Shown in pieces: positions 25,494-64,000 of a stretch of DNA of 64,000 nucleotides. This DNA comes from Amoebidium appalachense (lineage: Eukaryota > Protista > Ichthyosporea). The notes beneath the pieces are model-generated. The model was not told the DNA's origin. It made no database searches and saw only the letters and a list, made by a program, of their open reading frames with translations. The stretch covers positions 583,817 to 647,816 of the forward strand of contig CAVNZM010000013.1 in the NCBI GenBank assembly GCA_963693365.1, written 5' to 3'. The position numbers were made by a program, and so were the translations under genes. Position 1 is the first letter of the stretch; every line of letters begins with the position of its first letter.

Positions 25494-26217
25494 CGGTTTG
25501 GTCCGACACCTGTGGGGTTGGTTCCCACTTGTCGCTTACGGGGTCGTATGCACGACCTTCCGCCAGCGCGAACAGTTCGCAGAAGAGCTCGATTTCCATC
25601 TCGCATCGGCGTTTGCGCTCGAGCAGTTTCTCACCAGAAAACATTGGTTCCTTCGTGTCCGTGTCTATCACGCTCGTAGCATCGTTTTCCAACTTTGCGA
25701 GGAACTCTTTTGCCTTGCTGATGCGTACACGACAACGTGTGGCGCACGCATTCTTAGCAGACACTTTACGTTCTTTGTCTGCTTTCTGAATGTTTTCCGG
25801 CGCGCATGGGTCGTAGCTTGGGAGGTGGGTGAAGAAGCTTCCACACCCCTTTGTCGCGTCACGGATGAACGCACGGTTATAGTCGCCCCGTACTGCTACT
25901 TCCAGCACATCGTATCCAATGAAGGACAGACAAAGGATGCGAGAGCACCGGAAGCCGAGAGCCTTGAAGATGGACCACATGGCCCTGTGTGGGCGTCTGC
26001 CGTGCTTGACTTTGAAATACACCCTCTCGTATTTGGGTAGTACGTGGTCAAGGGGGATCCGCCTATACGGCGCATATACATTACAGTATAGGGTGATTCT
26101 ACCGAGAGTATGCCAAATCGGAAAATGCTTTCTGAAATCCGCGATGCCAAACAGACGGCCCAATCTGGGCCTGTGTACGCCGGGTTTCAAACCCCTTGGA
26201 CATCGCTTGTACTCCAA
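25486..26217 (-). CDS. LINE ORF1, probably lacking its 5' part; overlaps the ORF2 start codon by 8 nt
   Basis: 243-codon ORF directly upstream of the APE ATG (ATGCCTAA overlap). It begins at TTG, not ATG. The segment ALGFRCSRILCLSF...LEVAV.GDY...YDP recalls ORF1 proteins of early-diverging fungal LINEs (from memory, not searched). Confidence 0.7.
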   Translation of the reverse strand: MEYKRCPRGLKPGVHRPRLGRLFGIADFRKHFPIWHTLGRITLYCNVYAPYRRIPLDHVLPKYERVYFKVKHGRRPHRAMWSIFKALGFRCSRILCLSFIGYDVLEVAVRGDYNRAFIRDATKGCGSFFTHLPSYDPCAPENIQKADKERKVSAKNACATRCRVRISKAKEFLAKLENDATSVIDTDTKEPMFSGEKLLERKRRCEMEIELFCELFALAEGRAYDPVSDKWEPTPQVSDQTDA

Positions 26218-26904
26218 TTTCTATAATCCACCTCCGGAGGTGGATTATGCGCGAAATTGAACGCCGTGTGAAGGTCTAAACCAATGAAAATTCATGTCGT
26301 GAGACCTTTTTACATTTCTCTCTCGGCCAATTGGCGGCAGTGCAATATAGCCAAAAACAGTTAAAGTGGAAAAGACGCCAAACGGAAATTTAAAGTCCGT
26401 TGTCACGAGCATGGCCAGCTTGCTGGTGAGCCTGCGACAGCCCGAGCGCAGGCTGCGACCAGCCACACACAGCCGGCCACGTGTGGTAGGTCGTATAAAA
26501 ACAAGCCCCCCCTCAACTATTCTTCCTCTTCGCGGCCAACTTGTAGGCAACCTTTTTTTTACCATTAGACAATCTTTTGCACATCGGTCAAGATTGTCTG
26601 AACCGACAGGATGCCTGTAGGGGTAAGCAAAGAATGCAATTGCTGCAATTGCGGCCGAAAGGGCCATGTTTCGTGCTAAATACATAGTGGTTTTGCAACC
26701 GGAAACGTTGATGTTGTTATATATGCAAATGGTATCATTACAGTGTATACAAATACATACATACGGGACACGGCACAGTCACTGCACGTATATCGTACCT
26801 AGGACTCAGTACTATTTTTTTTGTAGTGACTGTGCCGTAGGACTCAGTACTATTTTTTTTGTAAAGTATGCGCACTCCGATCAACGTAAAACTTGCGCAA
26901 TGTG

Positions 26905-29592
26905 TGTCGTGGCAACAACCAGAGTGTATACCAACTACTCTAACTATCTGCACGCTTAAAGGGGCTCGAAACCGTGTATACGTATAAACTTTTCTTTGAG
27001 TTGGGTGGGAAGCGAGTTTTTTGTGTTCTGAGAAGAACTTCCAAAAGCCCGCGACCCCGCGAGACACTTCACAGACACGCGGCCCACTGGCCAGACAAAT
27101 ACCACAGTGACATTCAGCCAATCACAACACTCCCTCCCCCACAGACTACACGCACTCCACACCATTGGCTACCGCGACCTCAGACACCCCTACAGCACTA
27201 CAACACGTACACACGTTTACTCACAATACATATAAGCATACACACACGCGAGCAGGCAACATGGGTCTCGCCACGCACACAGCAAGAAGCAATACAACAT
27301 TTAACATGGAGAGTACGCAGAGGCATGGGGCATGCACGCGCGCACCAAACAATCAGCCGCCGCTGCATCAGATTCTCCCCATACCACTGATTAATCTCCT
27401 CATACCCCATTTAGACCCCGGCATCACTATGCAAGAAAACCCCCGAAATTAACTCACCAAAACACAAAATATAGAAGTAAACTAATACGAATCAGCTCAG
27501 CACATGACAACTCCCCCCTCGCACAGAAAATAACTGAGTTCCACCTCAGTAAAAACTACCTAAAAACAAAATAAAGTTATGTGCTGAGCGACTACAACTA
27601 CCGCTACCCATGCAGGAAGCAACATTTAACATATAACATAAAACATATACATACATCCACACACCACCCCACCATGGTTAATACCCAACCCAACCCCAAA
27701 ACAAGGATAAGAACCGCCACTGACGTTGCCCTGTAGATGCACCTCTGCCCCCGTCCACAACCTGCACCCAAAACCCCATGCCCCTGGCACAATGTTATAT
27801 CGAGTGGAACATAGCAACAGACATGATAACAGACACCATCCATACAACCACACTCAGCATGCCCCATCCCCAAAGAATTCCTAACACAACCAAACATGCC
27901 GTGACGAACACCTCCAGACTCATGTGACGTACACCTCCAGACTCTCTTGCTGGCCATTCCTCTACCCGACAAAGACTCCTACTACGTAGGTCCCGGTGGT
28001 TTGGGAATGCCTCCGCCCCAACCGTGCCCTACCCAGCGGTGTGTCTAAGGCCTACTGCTGCACTGGGCACCACAACACTACTCAACAACACTACGGGCAG
28101 CCACTCCAAAGGGCCTCAACACCAGGCCCAGGGCAGCCACTCCAAGGGGCCTCAGCACCAGGCCCTTTGACGACGGGGGTTCACAACAGTGGGGGCCTGC
28201 CACTGCCATGACTACACTTCGACCCCCCCCCAGCCCCCTCGTCAGAGGGCCGAGCTCCCAGACAGCAGCAGGACTTTCTATTCCACTGACCCTAACCACA
28301 CACGTCGCCAACACAGGACTCATACACACGTCGAAAACGCCAGGCACCAGTAGAAAACTCGCCGAAAAATAACACCACACAACAGTTACTCCCATAGTAT
28401 TACAACAACAACAACCCAAGAGATGGCCTACCCCCTAATAAAACCTTCATACCAGCAACACGGTCACCGACGTCCCTGCCCCCCACGACGGGGCTGTTTA
28501 CACCACGCGTTGCCCCCGCTCCTTGCAGTTGTCACAGGTGCCTGGGAAAGAGCCTGGCGCCGGCTCTTGCTGTCCCGCCCCAAAGACGCCAGCCTGGCCC
28601 ATCTGTTATCCCGTTGTGGCCGTGGCTGGTAGGGCTGGTAGCGCCGTGGGGAGGGTGACTGCCGCCGGTCCCCTCTGAGGCCTCTGCTGGGGGCCCTGAG
28701 CTTGCTAAGTCACCTAGGGAGGTCAAGGTCCTTAGCGAGGACTAAGTCCCCTGTGATACTAGTCCTACTGCTCAAGTTGCCTATGCCAACTGTTGCTAGC
28801 TGTAGGCCTGTGTGTGCGTATGTTTCTTCTACCTCTAACTGTCGAAAAAGTCCTAAGTCAAAGCCACTCATAACCGCTAGGCGTGAAAGAAAAAAAAAAA
28901 AACTAGGGGTGAAAGCAACAGCCCAGAAGGACTAACAGTGCGTGTGCCCCCTCCCTGCAAAAAACTGCAGAGAAAGGGGGTGTAGCTTGTCGTGGCAACA
29001 ACCAGAGTGTATACCAACTACTCTAACTATCTGCACGCTTAAAGGGGCTCGAAACCGTGTATACGTATAAACTTTTCTTTGAGTTGGGTGGGAAGCGAGT
29101 TTTTTGTGTTCTGAGAAGAACTTCCAAAAGCCCGCGACCCCGCGAGACACTTCACAGACACGCGGCCCACTGGCCAGACAAATACCACAGTGACATTCAG
29201 CCAATCACAACACTCCCTCCCCCACAGACTACACGCACTCCACACCATTGGCTACCGCGACCTCAGACACCCCTACAGCACTACAACACGTACACACGTT
29301 TACTCACAATACATATAAGCATACACACACGCGAGCAGGCAACATGGGTCTCGCCACGCACACAGCAAGAAGCAATACAACATTTAACATGGAGAGTACG
29401 CAGAGGCATGGGGCATGCACGCGCGCACCAAACAATCAGCCGCCGCTGCATCAGATTCTCCCCATACCACTGATTAATCTCCTCATACCCCATTTAGACC
29501 CCGGCATCACTATGCAAGAAAACCCCCGAAATTAACTCACCAAAACACAAAATATAGAAGTAAACTAATACGAATCAGCTCAGCACATGACA
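26905..29592 (-). mobile_element. Second non-autonomous LTR retrotransposon, a different family
   Basis: 605-bp LTRs at 26905-27509 and 28988-29592 that appear identical (TGTCGTG...CATGACA). 5-bp TSD ATGTG. Minus-strand PPT at 27510-27520. The 1.48-kb interior has no long ORF. Confidence 0.95.
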
Positions 29593-30705
29593 ATGTGACT
29601 TGATAAACTAAGCTGCAGCTGAAAAAAGTGTTGTCTGTTTGGCAGGAGCGGTTATTATCTATGCCAGGTTTTGACCTAAATCCGGATTACAAATCAGAAT
29701 CTGGATACTGATTTGATACCCGGCGTATACGGTCTACGCCGGAGTTCGTAACTCCGCGTTGCCAAACAGGCCCATAATATAGCAACCACCAGCTCGAATA
29801 TAGCAAATATTTTATTAGGCCTTCCCGGAAGCCGGCTGCCGAAGCCACCCGCCAATTTTTCAAAACAATGCGATCTGATTGGAAATCGTTGTCGTCCAAT
29901 CGAAACTGAGAAGTGGCTCAACTTTGTTCGAATTTCTACATACTGACAAACACGCCTTTGAACCAAAATAGAGGATGCTAGTCACCGTGCTCAATAAAAA
30001 AACTTCAGGTGTATATCTGACAGCAAATAATGCTACGCGCTTGAAAGAAACCCTACATAACTGTAAAATGAACTCACTTAAGTGACCGAGCCTCCGGCTT
30101 CCCCTCCTCTTCCCAGACTAACTTTAGATTGGGGCAATTCGAAGAACCATTTTTCGAAACTCAAGACGTTTCAAATTTTTGAGTTATGAATACCAAAAAA
30201 AAAGAGATTAAGGTGTAGTTTAATAAATTATTAACCTACTGTAATTAGAATGTTTGGCTATTCTACCATTAGGAAGGATGCGTGTATAAAGAAACTCATA
30301 AATTGAAAAACAAATTGATTGCCCAAGAGCCATGCCACCTTCAGCAATGGGTATAAGGGGATTATAGCACAGGCACGATAGCCACTCTTAATACAGATCC
30401 GGTAGCCACAAATGGAAGCTGGTGTCGATACCCCAAAAGACCCTCCAAATCTAATTTGCAGTGGGAATCTGGTATTATGAACTAGATGACAATACATCCC
30501 AATAAAGTAAAAGAACAACAAATCAAGAAACAAAACATGTAAAAAGTAGTTAAGGTTTGTTTGTACGAGCACAAGGTGGAAAAGAGTTCTCCTTTTTTGT
30601 GGTATTTTATATTTTCTACTATTTTAGGACTTGCTTGCAATTTTTGAAACGTGGGTGATGGTACACGCAAAGATAGTTTAGGGGGTTGCTGGCCTTGTCG
30701 TGACT

Positions 30706-31065
30706 CACTGGTCGGATGCAAGTAGGGCTAAAATAGCTCTTAGTTAGCCCTAATAGCCCCGATAGCCTTTCGGTACGTTGCATACGGGTCTATCCAGCTA
30801 ATTTGGAATGTAACTTTGTCGGCGCCGCGATTGGGTAAGACTGACCAATTGAGATCTAGAATCAATTCGATTTAGCCAATCAAGCCGGTAAGGCTATTTG
30901 GGTATTTTAGACGGAACCCCCCCCTTTTCTAAACCGCGGGTGATTCAGGGCTAAATGTACGATCTAAATAGATGAATATTGACAGATTGCCCAATTGCAT
31001 CGATGAATATCATAGATCGCCAGGGCTAAAGGGGCCAATTTAGCCCTACGTGCATCCGACCACTG
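30706..31065. mobile_element. MITE with hAT-like TIRs
   Basis: 27-bp TIRs with 2 mismatches, CA(C/G)TGGTCGGATGCA(A/C)GTAGGGCTAAA. Internal GGGCTAAA/TTAGCCC sub-terminal motifs. An 8-bp TSD is not conserved. Confidence 0.7.
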
Positions 31066-31630
31066 TTGCACGGTGGCCAGTCTCGCACAAAACGACACAC
31101 AAAGTTTGGGAAGTGAAGGAGGTACTTGGAATTAATGCAGCTTCATCGCCAAACTACTGCCGTATTGCTACTGTCGAACAGTCATATGATTACCTAGTAA
31201 TCATCTATATAGGATGATATTGCCGCGCTCATGTTCTAACCGTAGCCAAAATTCAATCTATTACGCAGTATGCTAAGTTTCACCAACATCCTCTTATCTT
31301 GAATACACAAGACACGGCCGGGGCACACCATCGGTAAAAGACCACATCCAAGTTTTGTCTTTGCGCGATGACATTTTCCCCCCGCTGTGAGCACAATTAA
31401 CCAACTAGCTTAGCTCTCACAGGGGTCTTTTCAGAATCAGCCAAGATCTGGTGTTGACCACCGGTTGTTCTTTGCACCCGGTTGTTCTTTGCACCTAATT
31501 CGAACACAATTTCAAGATCCGGAACATCAGATTGTCCCAAAGACGTACAGTGAACATTAAACTTCCTCAAGGTAGCGACAACTGCTTGATTGCGAAAGTA
31601 ATAGGTCGTTTTTGGCTTGACGAATCAATA

Positions 31631-41160
<9,530 letters not shown>

Positions 41161-41402
41161 TCGGCAAGTTTGCCACGATGGAATTCGGCCAATCAAAGGC
41201 CGATATGGTGGGATTCTGGCTTTCGACGGATCGAAAGTTCATTTTATTTTAGTTAGTTATTTTTGAGCATCGGATGTGTGTGGTTCGTTTTTGATTCGGG
41301 CCACTCTTTGCACCCAGTGTGCACTATTTGTTTAATTGCGTGTTTCCTTCTTTTTTCATTTCTTTTTCTTTTTTCCTTCGTTTTCCGCTATCTTCCTTTT
41401 TT

Positions 41403-41442
<40 letters not shown>

Positions 41443-42590
41443 TATCTCCTGAATCGAAATCGAACAAATTTACATTCGTTGCATGCGCGCACGACCACAT
41501 GAATATGCTCCTAATCCACATGCACATGCGCGCGGAAGTTTTCACATGTGTGCAATAGATTACATGGTTCATAGGCAGTCACACGTGTAAGCACATGCAT
41601 ATATACACATGCACGTGCAGAAAACCCAGTTATGCACCATGAGTTAGTTTAGATACCCACTTGTCCATATTAGGCACTCGAGCTTGCCCACGATTTCATT
41701 CCCTCGACAATTCGTATCATAAAATTTATACGAGCCTGTTTGGTTCAAAACGAAACGCAGTATGTATTGTACAAGTATTTTTGGTTCATTTTAGTTTTAC
41801 TTGTAAATATTAATTAGTTTTTATTATTTAGGAATGAGCCGCCATGGGCTGCTCTTTTTAGATGCCATGCTGGCCAGGGCCAGTCACCAATAAAATTTTG
41901 GAACCAATACGGGCCAAATGACTGGTTGGCTGTGTGTTTTAACTCTGCATTCCTACTTTTTTTTATAGTTACTCCTACTTTTTTTTATGGTTTTATTAAT
42001 ACATGGACGTATTTATTCCTACCTTTTAAATAGTTGTATTAATATATACACGTACTTGTCTCTCTCCAGGGTTTGTTTTCTTTCATTGTTTTCGTTTCTG
42101 AGATGCGTCGTCCGGACGTGTCATTAGCTATCCGGAACACGTCTGTGCTTTCTATATATATAAGGTATTTGGGAGCTTTATTTCTGTCGTGTGCCACGTC
42201 TAGTTGTGTTTTTACTTTCTATTTCTAGGAGGAAGGTTTTAACATTGGGGGGGGGGGGGGGGGGGGGGGGAGGGGAGGGGGGGAAGAAGAAGGTGGTGGT
42301 GGTGGTGATGGTGTGTGCGTGTGTAGGGGGGTGGGTGGGTGGGGGGGGGGGGGGGGGGGGGAGGGGGGGGGGGGGGGAAGGGGTTGGAGAAATTGCCTGA
42401 ATGGCCATGGGAGCATGATCACCCACGGCAATTTCATGGTCATGACGACTACATCTATAGATTACGAGATGGTGCCAAGAAAACGAAGACATGGGAAAAT
42501 TCACAAAACCACATCGAAGAAGCGAGTGAGGAAGTGTTGAGAAAGCGACCCCTAAAGGCTTTATAATCATTACCTTTGCCCGTTGAACTT

Positions 42591-42737
42591 GTCACGTGAC
42601 TCACGTCACTGAGGCTCACGTCACTGAGGCTCACGTACACCGTGGGTACTCAGTGTTCAAACACCTTCCATATATGGCTATTTCGGAAAAGTGCTGCTGT
42701 CTGAACCAATCAAATACGCCGACACTAACAGCCAATC
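42591..42737 (+). promoter_or_regulatory. Candidate promoter of the SLC26 gene: GTCACGTGAC E-box, tandem CTCACGTCACTGAGG repeats and CCAAT boxes
   Basis: Perfect palindrome at 42591-42600, repeats to ~42638, and CCAATC at ~42706 and ~42732. The cluster lies ~0.7 kb upstream of the ATG. Confidence 0.45.
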
Positions 42738-43361
42738 ATATGGCGGCACCGCCCACAAAGGCCAAGGCGCGCAGAACGCGCGCGCGTCTTGCAGGCGCCG
42801 GTCACAAAAGTTTGCAGGGGATCCGGAAGGGCAACATAGATGGTATTAGAACATTACATGTATACTCTCTAAAAAGGTGTTTGGGTTGTGTTCTTTTGCG
42901 GTGTTATGAATCAAGGCCGACCTACGAGCACGAAAATTTGCTTTCACCCTTGAAAGTTCGGCTCTGCTTCTGTTGACTGGACTGGAAGAAAGACCGGTAA
43001 AAAGTGAACAAGTTTGACAGGCGAAGATTTTGGCACTAAATGAGGTTTTTGCCTACGTAACAAGCTGGAAAGCTGATAGGGGGAACATCTTGAAGACATC
43101 ATCGGGCCGCTTCTTCTGGTTTGCACATTACTTTCTGACATGTTTGTGTTCACGTTCCGATAGCTACACGTGCAACAAGAGCAGAAAGCTCCTCATGACA
43201 CATAGAGTTGCCGAGAAAAAATTGCATAGCAAGAAATAATAAGAGAGCCTTGGATCCACTTATGGCGCTGTGAGCTTTCAGCTCTCCTTGGCTGTATTTA
43301 ATTAGCCAAAAGACACAACAGGATAATCGGGCTTGCTGACAAAGTGAGCAACTCTACGAAA

Positions 43362-63253
<19,892 letters not shown>

Positions 63254-63762
63254 TTATTATCCAATACCTACCAACCGAAGATGCCTTTTTTTTAAAGCAA
63301 AACCATTGAACAAAAAATCTTACTGCGTTGCTTCCGTACGTACGTGTTAGCAGTTAGCTGTTTGGCTGAGTATCTACTTTCTACATGTTTTCCACGGTTT
63401 GATACCGTGAATTAACGTATTTGTGTTTTCCCCTTTTAACCCCTTTTTCCGCGAAAAATGGCTCTTGTTTATTTTATTGGCATGAAGTTATCGGTTTTTT
63501 TCTCCGCAGTTTGTGCTGTCGGCACCTGTACACCGTAGGCAAAATTGAACGGGGTGATATATGATAAATCCATTGTTCACTCGTGCTTCCTGTTGTTGGT
63601 AAATGGATACATTTCCTGTTTGTTTTTTTGTTTTTTACGCGAAAGGTGTCTGTATGAGAACGCCCTGAGAGATGGAGGATAGATGCAAGACATTATTTGT
63701 GTGTAGACCATGCATGGCTTAATTGGTGTCCATTGTGCATGTGTGGGTTCGTGTGTGTGCCG

Positions 63763-63794
<32 letters not shown>

Positions 63795-63796
63795 TG

Positions 63797-63828
<32 letters not shown>

Positions 63829-63842
63829 TGTGCGTGTGCGTG

Positions 63843-63889
<47 letters not shown>

Positions 63890-64000
63890 GTGCATGTATT
63901 GGTTGGTTTGCTGGTTTCTTTGCGCTATTTACTTTATTTATTTATTTACTTATATTTTAGTTAAGTTATTTTCATTTTTTTGGGCCCGGGGGGGGGGGGG

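Larger units (their letters stand above)
18331..26235 (-). mobile_element. LINE copy 2 (partial ORF1, APE-RT ORF2, internal poly(A), 197-bp tail), interrupted by an LTR element
   Basis: Same 3' architecture as copy 1 (tail 18331-18527, T-run 18528-18567). ORF2 resumes exactly across the LTR insertion (DRTPA|QKPIV). The 5' boundary is inferred from the palindrome at 26223-26248. Confidence 0.9.

Overview
Eukaryotic genomic DNA with spliceosomal genes whose introns are packed with poly(C)/poly(G), (CA)n and (CT)n tracts. It is probably from a unicellular opisthokont or early-diverging fungal relative (inference only). The first ~31 kb is a nest of transposable elements. (i) Two long copies and one short, self-inserted copy of an APE/RT non-LTR retrotransposon whose poly(A) is internal and is followed by a fixed 197-bp module ending in GTAAACCCCC. 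(ii) A 3.76-kb unit bounded by 14-bp inverted repeats that pairs an intact THAP-HTH-DDE (ISL2EU/Harbinger-group) transposase with a convergent EXO1/XPG-family nuclease ORF. (iii) Two young non-autonomous LTR elements with TSDs, a hAT-like MITE and several minisatellites. The second half holds two + strand multi-exon host genes: an SLC52-like riboflavin transporter (31631-41160) and an SLC26/SulP-STAS anion transporter (43362-63253). Their introns carry many 5'-truncated copies of a structured retroposon ending in AAAC(C)n, and many decayed tandem duplicates of exon edges. Most ORFs in the supplied track are low-complexity artefacts.
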